Shown piece by piece: positions 39,709-50,800 of a DNA stretch of 64,000 nt; positions within the stretch are counted from its first letter, which is position 1; each line of letters starts with the position of its first letter. Under the pieces are notes generated by a model. It searched no databases, had not been told where the DNA came from, and was given only the letters and a program-made list of their open reading frames with translations. Source of the stretch: a virus (Duplodnaviria; Heunggongvirae; Uroviricota; Caudoviricetes); IMG/VR virus record IMGVR_UViG_3300021431_000002; one strand, given 5' to 3'. The position numbers and the translations under genes are program-made.

Positions 39709-42700
39709 TTAGATGTCCTCAAAATTCACCCCCTCTGGGGATAAAATAAAGTCAATTGTTATGTACTCAAGAGCATTATAAGGTTTGAAGTAAATCTTAA
39801 CTGGAAGTTCTCTTCTTTCCCTTGACTCTATTGTATCATTGACCTCAATTCTGTAATCAGAAATACCTCTGTTGCTTCTGATGCTATCCATAATTGGAGT
39901 TACAGTAGAAATGAATGACTGTTTCGTTGTTGCATCGTTTGGTTCAAAGATTAAACCAATACAAGAGATTGCAATAAGTTTTCTCATTCTCAATAACAAT
40001 CTACGAACTGCGATACGATTAAGTTGTGATTCATTAATCTGCAAGTTCTTCTGTCCCCAAATCTTAGGACCATCTTGAGCGAATGTCTTGACTGGGTTAA
40101 TTCTGCCTTCGTACAATACATCTTCGTCACCGAGTTTTGTAATAAAGTGTGCTCTTACACAATCAACATTACCACGTTCAATACCTGCTGGTGCGAACCA
40201 AGGATATGCTTGATTATCTGTTTGTGCGAAGTTACGTACAACATCCTTCGTTGCTGGCAAATAAATGTACTGATTATTATCGACATCTAAGTATTTAACC
40301 CAAGGATAATATGTACATGAGTAGTTAGAATCAATCTCCGTATCCTCCAAGTTATATACAGCCTCGTCTGGGGTGTACATTTCATCAACGTAATCACCAG
40401 CGCCGCTTGGCTTATCTGGAGTTGTAATGACATAGATACTATCTGCTCTTTCTTCCTCAATCATTTCGATTGCCTCTTCAACAAGAAGTTTCTGATTTAC
40501 GTAGTCAATACCTGGAGTAGCGAATACGTTAATATCTGTTGCTTCTGGATTGCTGAACTGACGAATAGCAGCAAGATAAGCATACCAGTCAGAGGTAATA
40601 CCATTCTGATTTAACCCAATCAAATCAGGATTTGCAATCTTATTGAATGAATATCCTTCTCCACTTCCTTGGTTAATGAACCCTCTATACTGAGACATTT
40701 TGAAGTTATCAGTATTTGTTCTTTGGTCTCTATAATCGTCCCATCCATCAAAACCACCATAGAAGAACACAGTGAACTTACGGAGGTTAACATATTCATA
40801 AATAGAACCATACATTTCATCTTCTTTACCAATCACTGGTGGCTGGTCAAGAACTTGTGTTCTAGAATTTGTTGATACACAATCAAATACATACCCCTTT
40901 TCTCCATCAACTGTAACTGTTGTTGCTGATGCGCCATAATCCCTATCAAGTCTTGAATCAAGATGGAAACCGTGTGACAAGAAACTTGGGTCATTAATGT
41001 AAGCTTTTGTTCCCTTGAATGTGAAGTTATCAATATCAACCCCAACCCATGAAGAAAGTCCAAAGTACTGCTTTCTGTTCTTGATGTCCTCATCAAAATA
41101 TCTGTTATACTTGATTGCTGGGAATGTGACATCTGTTTTTGCGTTTCCGCTGATTGGTAAACCATCGTACTTTGGTATTGGATAACCTAAGAAGCCTGCT
41201 GGAACAGACGTTCTAGCTGCCGTTGTCTCATTTACCTCAACAGTAATATACTTAGACTTGGACTCATACACACCGTCAAATGAACCAATCTTATATGCAA
41301 TGTAGTTAGCATCTCCTGGTGTCATTGTACATCTTCCAAACCTCTCAAGTGGAATAATTGATTCATCAAGGTCATCTACCCTACGTACAATTACATCAAA
41401 AGTACCTTCGTCTGGCCTAATGTTTTCAATTGAAACCTTAACCTCATAGTTTGAGTTGTTACCATCAGAAATAGTATGGAATCTGAACAACTTAGTCATT
41501 TCGATATGGTCGAAGTCACCCTTCAAGTTAGATACAATCCAAGGAGTTGAAGCATATCTGTATGCTGACTTGTAATCATTCATGTCAAGCTGAACATAAG
41601 CTACATCACTCTTATCGTCATTCATCCTATAATAAAGCCCATCAGCATTGTTTAATACAAGGGTTGACTCCTTTCCATCATTGCCTTTAGTACCTCCATT
41701 CAACAAATTACCATAATAGTTGACATATTCATATTCAGAACCACCACTTTGCTTACGCTTCAACTCATCAATACTATTTTTAGAATAATAAGCATAATAA
41801 TAGTGTCTCTTACCATCTTGTGTTGTGTATTGCTTTACAGTGTAAATCTGGCCTACTTTCATTGCTACTTCAGCAACGGTTCTTGCTGACCATGCTTCTT
41901 CATCCCCTGGTTTAATACTACTTGGCATCGTTGTAATAACAGTAGCACTTGGGTCTCCACTAGAAATTTCAGCCATAGTGTATGGTCTTCCTAATTCATA
42001 GTTGTAACATACACATCTGATTCCCATTCCATTTGGATTATCTATCGTTGATTTTAATGCCATCTTACTAGCAAGATACCTACGTCCAACATACTTTCTA
42101 TTTAATGAAGACTGTGGTTTATCAACAATTCCATAAACTGGCTCATGGTGGTCAAAGTCTGCTGTATAATATACTTGAAACTCTGTCAGTCCACTGTCAA
42201 TGACAGATACATCATTGTTCGCAATACCTTGCTCAAGTGCCACATCATACAATGTTTCAACAAATATAGGAGCATCGCCATCATAAGCCTTTGTTCCTAG
42301 AACGTTAAGTATGTACTCCTTGTCATAAGGATTCAATGATACCGCATATTCAAAATATCCTCTTGTCAAATCTTTATCTCGAATGATTGTATCCACTTCA
42401 TCTTCTTCATAGATACCCTTTACACCGACAAATTTAAATCTTCCTTTATTAGTTTGTGAAACGGTCCAAACACCAGTACCGCCATTAATTCCATATCCAT
42501 CACATTCATTACCGTTGCTATAAAGTGGTATGTACTCCCTAATTTGGAGTGCATTCATATTATAACCTTTCTTATCACATTCTGTAGCACCGCTAACAGT
42601 TTTCTCGCCAACATAATATCTCAATGTGTCATATTTTGTCGTTTCGCAAGTACATCCGCTAGTATTACCAGTGTCGTATGGATGATAAGTACCTCTTGAA

Positions 42701-43083
42701 CGTATAACAGCCACAGCTTGTTTTTTACCACCTTCTCCATCTGATGCAGTTACAAGCCAAGCTGGGCCTGCATTATAACCGCTAATACCAAGAACACGAA
42801 CAACCTTAAGCTGTTCTGACTCGCTCAAATAAGACTTAGCGATATAAGGCAACTCATATTTAGGGTATTGGCTTCCTTTAAACTTCTCTGTACTAGTTCC
42901 ACCAAACACTTCTTGGAACTCACGCCAGTTGGAAATATCCATTGGTTGGAATGCTGGGCCCCTTAAAGTCTCACCAGCAAGACCAAGAGTTGTAATTCCG
43001 AGACTACGTACTGCGTAAGTCATGTCAATCTCACGAGTATAAATACCTGGTGAAACGTGTATTCCTCTTGCATTATCTGCCAT
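39709..43083 (-). CDS. Tail sheath protein (T4 gp18-like)
   Basis: SPGIYTREID N-terminus; YYPW..PWFAPAG..RG..INP..WGQK..LNRIAVRRLL..FEPND. Confidence 0.95.
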   Translation of the reverse strand: MADNARGIHVSPGIYTREIDMTYAVRSLGITTLGLAGETLRGPAFQPMDISNWREFQEVFGGTSTEKFKGSQYPKYELPYIAKSYLSESEQLKVVRVLGISGYNAGPAWLVTASDGEGGKKQAVAVIRSRGTYHPYDTGNTSGCTCETTKYDTLRYYVGEKTVSGATECDKKGYNMNALQIREYIPLYSNGNECDGYGINGGTGVWTVSQTNKGRFKFVGVKGIYEEDEVDTIIRDKDLTRGYFEYAVSLNPYDKEYILNVLGTKAYDGDAPIFVETLYDVALEQGIANNDVSVIDSGLTEFQVYYTADFDHHEPVYGIVDKPQSSLNRKYVGRRYLASKMALKSTIDNPNGMGIRCVCYNYELGRPYTMAEISSGDPSATVITTMPSSIKPGDEEAWSARTVAEVAMKVGQIYTVKQYTTQDGKRHYYYAYYSKNSIDELKRKQSGGSEYEYVNYYGNLLNGGTKGNDGKESTLVLNNADGLYYRMNDDKSDVAYVQLDMNDYKSAYRYASTPWIVSNLKGDFDHIEMTKLFRFHTISDGNNSNYEVKVSIENIRPDEGTFDVIVRRVDDLDESIIPLERFGRCTMTPGDANYIAYKIGSFDGVYESKSKYITVEVNETTAARTSVPAGFLGYPIPKYDGLPISGNAKTDVTFPAIKYNRYFDEDIKNRKQYFGLSSWVGVDIDNFTFKGTKAYINDPSFLSHGFHLDSRLDRDYGASATTVTVDGEKGYVFDCVSTNSRTQVLDQPPVIGKEDEMYGSIYEYVNLRKFTVFFYGGFDGWDDYRDQRTNTDNFKMSQYRGFINQGSGEGYSFNKIANPDLIGLNQNGITSDWYAYLAAIRQFSNPEATDINVFATPGIDYVNQKLLVEEAIEMIEEERADSIYVITTPDKPSGAGDYVDEMYTPDEAVYNLEDTEIDSNYSCTYYPWVKYLDVDNNQYIYLPATKDVVRNFAQTDNQAYPWFAPAGIERGNVDCVRAHFITKLGDEDVLYEGRINPVKTFAQDGPKIWGQKNLQINESQLNRIAVRRLLLRMRKLIAISCIGLIFEPNDATTKQSFISTVTPIMDSIRSNRGISDYRIEVNDTIESRERRELPVKIYFKPYNALEYITIDFILSPEGVNFEDI

Positions 43084-43151
43084 AATTTCTTAATATTTTA
43101 ATTTTAATTAGTTATTTTTCTTATATATAAATATTTAATGAGTTTAAAAGA

Positions 43152-43487
43152 TTAATCCCAGAACTTAATTTCTGAAATAATATTTTGAAATTCCTCATTT
43201 TTAAATTTCTCATTCACATCAACTATAAAGTCAATAACCTCTTCATAATTGAATTCCACAAATGAATCCATCACCATTTTATGATACTCCTTAAGTTTCT
43301 CAGTATCTTGATATTTCTGATGATATTCATCTTGAATTAAAAACGCATAACTCGTAATTTTACCAACTGACCTTAAAAACTCATAAAGTTTATAGGCATC
43401 ACCGAATTCCAAATCAAATTTAAATCTCGCATTAATTTCTAGAAGAAGTCTCTCTAGAACCATAAGATTACTAAGTTTAATTTCCAT
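43152..43487 (-). CDS. Hypothetical protein
   Basis: 111 aa; TATTTATA motif upstream. Confidence 0.65.
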   Translation of the reverse strand: MEIKLSNLMVLERLLLEINARFKFDLEFGDAYKLYEFLRSVGKITSYAFLIQDEYHQKYQDTEKLKEYHKMVMDSFVEFNYEEVIDFIVDVNEKFKNEEFQNIISEIKFWD

Positions 43488-43540
43488 AACAATTTATTTA
43501 ATCTATAAATATCTTTTAAAAACGGAAAAATACAAAAATA

Positions 43541-43566
43541 AAAGGGTTGCGTTCTAGCAACCCTTA
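43541..43566 (-). terminator. Intrinsic terminator
   Basis: aagggttgc...gcaaccctt. Confidence 0.65.
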
Positions 43567-43573
43567 TTATAAA

Positions 43574-44219
43574 TTAAATTATTTCTTCGATTTTAATTTC
43601 TGTATCATTGGTTATTTTATACGAATATTTCTTTGCCTCATTATTTGCTGAATCATATACTTTCTCAAGAACACCTTTTTTCTTATATTCTTTATACGCT
43701 TCTTCATCAAATGTTATTTGAGCCTTTTTAGTGGCACTACCTTTAGAATTGTATACATTGTATCCAGTTCCTTCTATAACATAAAGAGGTACACCTAACT
43801 TATCTAAATTGCTACTGAAATATTCAAAATCTCTAGATGGATTATTAATTATCGTTTTTCCTATTTCTTCCTCGCATAATTCGATAAAATAATCATAAAA
43901 CTCTTCACTTGCTTCTGCACTATCTGGATTTTCAGCAGAATGTTTTGTGTGTTTAAACACTGGTTTTTCTGATTCTCCACTTTCTTTCTTATATGTGTCA
44001 CCATCTTTAATCAATGTGTCAAGATAATAAGATGTTGTGGAAATTAAATTATCACCACGATATTGCTCCACATAAATTGATGGAAGGGAATCATCATTTA
44101 CCCCCCCCCATTTCTATTGCACACCTATCAAATCCATCATACGATGATGCAATATCAAATACTACTCCATCTTTTATGAAATAATACTGTTTTGTACTTG
44201 TTGTGTTTAATTTAATCAT
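43574..44219 (-). pseudogene. Gene split by a G9 homopolymer (phase-variable or frameshifted)
   Basis: The ATG 44219 ORF stops at TGA 44094 after ATG GGG GGG GGT AAA. The downstream frame is open from 44113 to 43574. Losing one G joins them into 214 aa. Confidence 0.7.
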
Positions 44220-44269
44220 AATTTTAAAATTATATTTTATAGTTTATTATTATATTAATAAATATATTT

Positions 44270-45076
44270 TTAATCCCAATTGTCTAGAATTTTTGTTATC
44301 AAAGGATTCCTTACTATATCTTCCCTATTAAATTCAGTAACGCCAACTTCGTCTAGGCTTCTCAAATGGTTTGCCGCATATTCAAGTCCGCATTCAGACT
44401 TTTTGTTTACGATGTCACGTCTGTTAACTTGTTCGCAATCTCCAGTAATTATTACTTTACTGTTTTCTCCTAGTCTAGTAAGTAGCAGTTTCATGTTTTC
44501 CTTCGTATATTGTTCTGCTTCATTCACAAGTATTAATGAATCGTCAAACGTTTTACCCAATACATAATTGATAAATTCATATTTGATATAACCACCATTT
44601 ATCAAATTTTTAGCCATTATTTGTGGGTCTCCATTTCCGCTATTTTTAAGTATTTTGGATATTGTCTCCTCGTCACACTCCTTAAATGGTCTAGTTTTAT
44701 CTTCAAAATCTCCTTTCAAATACCCTAAATTAAGGTCAATACCTCCTGCTGGTGCTGTAGGAACAATCATAATGATGTTGCTGTACCTCCCTTCTTTAAG
44801 TTCTTTAAGCGCAAACGAAAGAGAAATGTATGATTTTCCCGTTCCAGGTGAACCAATACCAAAACAAATTTGATTTTTTTTATTTTTCAAAACATTAAGA
44901 AAATCTTTTTGCTTTTCATTTTTACACTTAATGTCAAGCTTAAAACTCAAAGCTTTTAACTGCGTTATCATTCCGCACGATGTAAGATAATTGAGAGCAC
45001 TGTCTCCCTTCATCTTGTTTTCGATGAATTCAATCTCTAATTCATCCAATCCTTTTAGATTTTTCTTTTTTCCCAT
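44270..45076 (-). CDS. phoH: PhoH-like ATPase
   Basis: KNEKQ..GSPGTGKS..GYLKG..GKTFD..LLTRLGENSKVIITGDCEQ..DIVRNPL. Confidence 0.9.
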   Translation of the reverse strand: MGKKKNLKGLDELEIEFIENKMKGDSALNYLTSCGMITQLKALSFKLDIKCKNEKQKDFLNVLKNKKNQICFGIGSPGTGKSYISLSFALKELKEGRYSNIIMIVPTAPAGGIDLNLGYLKGDFEDKTRPFKECDEETISKILKNSGNGDPQIMAKNLINGGYIKYEFINYVLGKTFDDSLILVNEAEQYTKENMKLLLTRLGENSKVIITGDCEQVNRRDIVNKKSECGLEYAANHLRSLDEVGVTEFNREDIVRNPLITKILDNWD

Positions 45077-45232
45077 AAAGTTTTAGTTTTAAAAAAAAGC
45101 GCATAAATCCTAAAAACGGAAATATGCGCTTCATTTTTTATTTTTATTTAATGTTTTGTTGTCCATAGTACTATTGATAACTTACAATAAATATTTTGAA
45201 AAGTATAATAAAAGTTAAAAATCACCTAAAAT

Positions 45233-45264
45233 TTTGGTCAAACCAAATATTTTTTGTACCTTTG
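45233..45264 (+). promoter_or_regulatory. Bacteroidota sigmaA-type promoter
   Basis: TTTG (45233), 20 nt spacer, TACCTTTG (45257-45264). Confidence 0.75.
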
Positions 45265-45292
45265 CATCACGAAACAAAAAAAACGATAAAAA

Positions 45293-45622
45293 ATGAAACG
45301 GTTTGAAATGATTCGCTGTATCTTCGATGCCGTGTACAACAATGGTGATGAATACAGCAAAAGTGATGCAATCAGCTCTGACTGCACTCGTGACGGTCTC
45401 GTTAATAGAGTGTATATCAAGAAACTGAAAATTGATGTTTATGCTTGCGGCAGCTATGTTGACAACGCTACAATCACATGTAGTAACAGTGACTATTCTG
45501 ACGCATCTGACGCAGACTTACGAATTGAGTTCGGTACTGAAGTCCCCACTCGCACAATTCTTTGGGCAAATGAGGTCAGTGATAAGGTTTTAGGTATTAT
45601 TGTTGAAAAAATAACGAAATAG
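45293..45622 (+). CDS. Hypothetical early-type protein
   Basis: 109 aa behind a host-type promoter. Confidence 0.65.
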   Translation: MKRFEMIRCIFDAVYNNGDEYSKSDAISSDCTRDGLVNRVYIKKLKIDVYACGSYVDNATITCSNSDYSDASDADLRIEFGTEVPTRTILWANEVSDKVLGIIVEKITK

Positions 45623-45645
45623 CCATAACGTTAATACATTCTAAT

Positions 45646-45969
45646 ATGATTTTTGGAATAACAGCTTTCGGAACCACTTGGACTATCATCGGTATAATCC
45701 TAGGACTAATTCTTTTATTCTTGCTAGGCATTTTCTATGATGAAAACATAGATGGTGATGGGTTTATTTTACTTAAGGCATTTCTTGTTGTACTTGTATG
45801 TGTATTATGGCCTATTGCCATCCTAATTGCCGTTTGCGTTGGGGCTATTGTGATGCCTATTTACCTAGGTAAAAAAATTAGGAATTTCATAGAGCAAAGA
45901 AAAGAAAAAAAGATTGAAAAAGAAAATTTCTTTAAACAGCTTGAAGAAATAAATAAAAAAGGTGGGTAA
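45646..45969 (+). CDS. Small membrane protein
   Basis: Two hydrophobic segments and a basic tail. Confidence 0.65.
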   Translation: MIFGITAFGTTWTIIGIILGLILLFLLGIFYDENIDGDGFILLKAFLVVLVCVLWPIAILIAVCVGAIVMPIYLGKKIRNFIEQRKEKKIEKENFFKQLEEINKKGG

Positions 45970-45982
45970 TTCCCACCTTTTA
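45956..45982. terminator. Bidirectional terminator
   Basis: aaaaggtggg-taatt-cccacctttt. Confidence 0.7.
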
Positions 45983-47476
45983 TTATGCGTATCTATTATT
46001 TAAATCGTCCACAATGTCAAAACTAAGCACGTCATGGTGGATGATACTGTTCATGCCGTATTTAATCCTTACATCAACATAATATCTGTTAGGTATTAAT
46101 ATGTTGGTATCTATCACATAGTAATTGTTCGTGAATGCCTTATTTACCCTATCCCATTCTATTACATCAATCTCTCTAGTTCCATCCTTAACATATAGCC
46201 TTATATCCATGCTATCAAGCAATTCATAAGTATTATTGGTATAAGATGGTTTTCCGTAGATGGTAAGTTTTCTAATGTCCCCTCTTTTAATCTGCTCCTT
46301 TTCTTTGATTCCATTAATCGAAGGGTTATAAGCGATATTGTCTGACTCTAGGGAATTTCCTATATTAAAATAGTTTGGAGTGTCTTTAAGCGTAAAATCA
46401 AGTTCTACAGCGTCCAATTCCTCCCCTTGGTACATTATCCCATCCCAAGTGTCATAAAGCATTGTATCGGCTTCAAAATGGCTTTTAGGGATGGTTATAT
46501 CAATATAGTATATACCCTTTGAGAATTTTTTAGCCTCAATCTCTTCCATTGGCATCCCATCCTTGCCTTTCACAACCTCATCTTCTCCATTAGTTATCGT
46601 AACTACTGGTGCTTTATCCAAATCCTCAAGATGTTCTCCTATTGTACAATATAGATATAATCTATTTTTTTTATTAAGAACAAAATTAGACCTATCATCT
46701 GATACAATATCATCGTATCTTGTTTCGACAAATGGCTCAAAAAATGTATTTGTTTTATCTGTAAGCCAACCAACATAATTTTCATACTCGCTATCACTCG
46801 CTTCAAGTAATGGTGAATATGCTATTCCTATCCCATAATTTTCTAATTCGCCATCAAGGAACTTGTTGAAAACAGATGTAATGTCTAAATTTATGTTTTC
46901 ATTGCCGTAATCAAAATGCTGTCTACCAATGATGATTGATTCTTCTCTAGCAGCCCATTTATCATACTCTTGTGATAGTCTATCATTCGTATAAACGCCT
47001 TCCTCTTCCCACTTAAGTCCATTTTGACGCTGAAACCAATTGCACCCATCTTCAGAAACTAGCCTCTTCGGGTCAATTGGGCTTGGCGAATAATAACCTA
47101 CATTGAAATGAGTTTTTGTATAATCAAAGCCCTTTCCCCTATCCCAAGGTTTAGGAATAAGGAAAAAAATGATGTCAAAAGATGCTGCACGGATTTTTTT
47201 GTTGTCGTTAATTGAACTTGTTTCACAATGATGCAACTGAGACATGTCAATAGAACTAGCATTCGTAATATGCAACGTATGCTTCATTTTTGATTTGTCA
47301 ATCATAATTCCATCATCAATAAGTTTCTTAACTTTGTTATGGTCAAAATAAATCAATGCCCTAGAAACGATTGTATCACGCCCATAAACCAATTCTGATA
47401 CTGGATTCAGTCCAGTGTTGATTTTAGAATTTGAAACAATTGTAGTAAATTTACTTATGTATGTCTTATATACCAT
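45983..47476 (-). CDS. Putative structural protein
   Basis: 497 aa; NTGLNP..SRALIYFD..WDRGKG..LDIT; Ig-like C-terminus; lies in a late-type unit. Confidence 0.55.
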   Translation of the reverse strand: MVYKTYISKFTTIVSNSKINTGLNPVSELVYGRDTIVSRALIYFDHNKVKKLIDDGIMIDKSKMKHTLHITNASSIDMSQLHHCETSSINDNKKIRAASFDIIFFLIPKPWDRGKGFDYTKTHFNVGYYSPSPIDPKRLVSEDGCNWFQRQNGLKWEEEGVYTNDRLSQEYDKWAAREESIIIGRQHFDYGNENINLDITSVFNKFLDGELENYGIGIAYSPLLEASDSEYENYVGWLTDKTNTFFEPFVETRYDDIVSDDRSNFVLNKKNRLYLYCTIGEHLEDLDKAPVVTITNGEDEVVKGKDGMPMEEIEAKKFSKGIYYIDITIPKSHFEADTMLYDTWDGIMYQGEELDAVELDFTLKDTPNYFNIGNSLESDNIAYNPSINGIKEKEQIKRGDIRKLTIYGKPSYTNNTYELLDSMDIRLYVKDGTREIDVIEWDRVNKAFTNNYYVIDTNILIPNRYYVDVRIKYGMNSIIHHDVLSFDIVDDLNNRYA

Positions 47477-47496
47477 ATTCCATATATTTTTGGTAA

Positions 47497-47790
47497 TTAT
47501 ATATTATTTGACCCTACCCCACCGTTTTTTAATCTGTCTTTTTCTTTATGAAAGGTTTTTGCATATAAATCAGCCTTTTGAGGGTCTCCATTACGTTTTT
47601 CTTTGGCATAGCTACTGATGTCAAAATAACTTTTATCACCATTAACTGATTTTCTTGCAGCTAATCTCGCCAATTTGTCTTGACCACCTTCAGTTTCACC
47701 AACCTCATTTAATATAATATTCACAGACTCATTTATAATCCTATATAAATCAGATTCTGTTAATCTAATCAATCTTTTATTTGTTTTCAT
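47497..47790 (-). CDS. Small protein with N-terminal IRLTESDLYRIINESV motif
   Basis: 97 aa; TATTTATA at 47826-47833 on the minus strand. Confidence 0.65.
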   Translation of the reverse strand: MKTNKRLIRLTESDLYRIINESVNIILNEVGETEGGQDKLARLAARKSVNGDKSYFDISSYAKEKRNGDPQKADLYAKTFHKEKDRLKNGGVGSNNI

Positions 47791-47879
47791 ATATATTTTT
47801 CGTTTACTAAGGTTTAATTATATATTATAAATATAAAATAAATCAAGTTTGCAACTGGTACAAACTTGATTTATTATGT

Positions 47880-50800
47880 TTAAGGTTCAGTATTAACATT
47901 TATGTAGTTAATCAAATCTTGAATTGACTCGTCTTGACTCTGATTCTTAGTGTTTATTTCAGTAATCTGGTCATCTTGACTAGCATTCTTCTGTTCAACT
48001 TGAATAATCCTTTGCGACTGTCTTGTATTCTCTTGAGTTGCAAGTTGTAACGCTGCCTCAAGTGTTGCAACTCTTGCTTTAAGGGTATTAATTTCTTCAG
48101 TCACTCCAGATACAATTGCATTCTTTGATACATACAACGAATTATCGTCAATAATTGCTGCGTTGTCTCCGTGAGCAGTATTAAGGATAAGTCTTGCCTT
48201 TAACACATCTGCATCTGGAACAATTACATCCTTGGTCAATGCAATTGCGCCAATATTGCCATCCTCAGTTCTCCATTCTTGAATCAAATCATGTACAGGA
48301 ACATATACATCTTCCTTTCTTGTACCATTTACTGTGTACTCAATTACAATCCTTTCATTTGGTTTATCATAATAGATTCTATCAATTTCTGATTTAGTCT
48401 TTAGGGCAATTGTTGTTGTACCAGTTGTATTTGTGTAAATCAAGATGTTGTGTTCTTCGTCATAGTCAAGTATTGACTTAGCGTAGATACCGTCTGCATT
48501 AAGCTTAACAATTTGGTCAACTTCAGTACTGATATTAACTTTAATCTCAGGCTTTGTCGCATTTGTGTTGTCAACTGAAATAGATGTATCCTTTGCTTTA
48601 ACTTCAACCAACTTGCTATTCAATTGAGTTTCAAGAGCGTCAATATTGTTCTGTAATGCAGTATCAGCAGCCTCTCTTGAAGATGTCTCAGCAGTGATAG
48701 CGTTGTTCAATCTTACATCTTCAGCCTCTCTTGTAGCAGCTTCAGCATTTAACTGTTGCTTGATTGCATTATCCTTCTCATCAACTTCTGCCTTGCTGTA
48801 GAAATCAATAGGAATTTCAGATTTTGTTGCAAAAGTTGAATCAACTTCAGTTTTGTAATATACATCCACTGAGTTAGCTTTCTTGTTAATCTGCAACTGC
48901 AAATCAGCTTCGGCTTGTGCTCTGTTATTAATCTCGTTTGCCAAGCTATCCTCAACATTTGAGATATTGCTTTTTATTTCAGTATCAGCCGTTTTAAGCG
49001 CATTAACTTGTTCTTGCAGATTACTATCGCCACTAGACCTACTACTAATTTCATTTGCTAAATCGGTACTAACTTGTGTTAAAGTTCTGTTCAAGGTTTG
49101 GTCAGCACTTGTCCTATTGTTTATCTCTGTGTTTATTAGAGTACTTAAGGTTCTATCATTTTCGGCACGTTCTGCCTTTTCGTTGGATAATTTAACGTTA
49201 AATTCGCTATCAGCAGATTCCCTTGCGGCTGTTTCAGCAGTAATGGCATTATTTAAATCGTTATCAGCATTTAGTCTTGCTGTTGATTCAGTTGTGATTA
49301 ACGTTTCAAGGCGAGTGTCGGCATTTCCTCTGTTTGCTATTTCATTGGCTAAATTTTGTGCTATCGCATCAATGCCGCTAACTTTAACTCCGTTTTGTGA
49401 AACTGATATATATGTTTCTGTTGCTGGGTCAATCTTAACTCTAACTTCACCCGCATTATTAACTACAAGCCCATCTTTAAACTCTGCATCAACCAAAAAC
49501 TGTGATACATCTAAATATTCTACTTTCTCAGTACCGTCCTCAAGAATGTATGTGAGCATCAAGAACTGTCCAGTATGACCGCTATCATCATGGTCTGTAA
49601 GTTCAACATCCTTCAATGAAGAATCCTTGTAAATATTGATTCTAGCACCAAGAACCTCTCCGCTTGTATTTTTAAGCTCATATGCTTCTTTTACGTTAGA
49701 TGGTAATGCGGTTTCTACCTTAATAACAGATACCTTGTTAGCTTCGATTGAACTTGATAATGCTTCGTCAGCAACTTCACGTGCCTCTGTTTCTGCGCTT
49801 AATGCAGCCCAAATTGCTTTGTCCTCTGCTTCTCTTTCAGTTTTTTCTGTCTTGACATCACCTGAAAGTTGGTTATCCCAATAAAGTCTTGCATTCTTTT
49901 CGGCAGCAATCTTACCGTCAAGTTCATTATCAGCAGCTTCTCTTTCAGTCTTTTCTGTATCAATCTTACCTTCTAACTCACCATCTGCTGCTGAACGGTC
50001 AAGCTTCTCTTGGTCAAGCTCTTCATTAATAGCAGCATCACCTTCAGTTCTAGCTGAAATTTCTTGATTCAATGTCTCCAAAATGTCTTCATCACCCTCA
50101 GTCCTTGCAGAAACTTCGTTATTGATAAGCTCTATGATACTACTTCCACTAGCACCAATTTCACCAATTGCATCCCAAATCTTCTGGTCTTCATCAGTTC
50201 TTGCGGAAACTTCTTCTTCAATTTTATTTGTATTTAAAATATCCTCATTTTTACGAGCTTCTGTTTCCGCACTTAACGCATCCCAAATTTTCTGGTCTTC
50301 ATCAGTTCTTGCTGAAATCTCGTTTTCAATCATTTCAACAATACTCGTGCCACTAACTCCAATTTCACCAATTGCGCCCCAAATCTTCTGGTCTTCATCA
50401 GTCCTTGCAGAAACTTCGTTATTGATAAGCTCTATGATACTACTTCCACTAGCACCAATTTCACCAATTGCGCCCCAAATCTTCTGGTCTTCATCAGTTC
50501 TTGCGGAAACTTCTTCTTCAAGTCTCTCATCAATAACAGAATCTCCGTCAGTCCTTGCAGAAACTTCTTGATTCAATGCCTCCCAAAGGTCTTCATCACC
50601 CTTAGTTCTTGCTGAAATCTCGTTTTCAATCATTTCAACAATACTACTTCCACTAGTTCCAATTTCACCAATTGCATCCCAAATTTTATCATCTTCTTCT
50701 TTCCTCAAAATAGCTTCATCTTCGACTAAACTATTAACTTGGTTAACCAATGTATCAAGCGGTATTTCGATAGTTTCATCGTTTTCAAGCTTTATGAAAA

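Noticed and set aside
48883-50571. Plus-strand Ser/Leu-rich ORFs (48883..49578, 50083..50571) and similar short opposite-strand ORFs throughout
   Set aside because: They are antisense shadows of acidic coiled-coil genes, with no promoter or family motifs.
50040-50690. CRISPR-like array
   Set aside because: The repeats are in-frame coding units of variable length without unique spacers.
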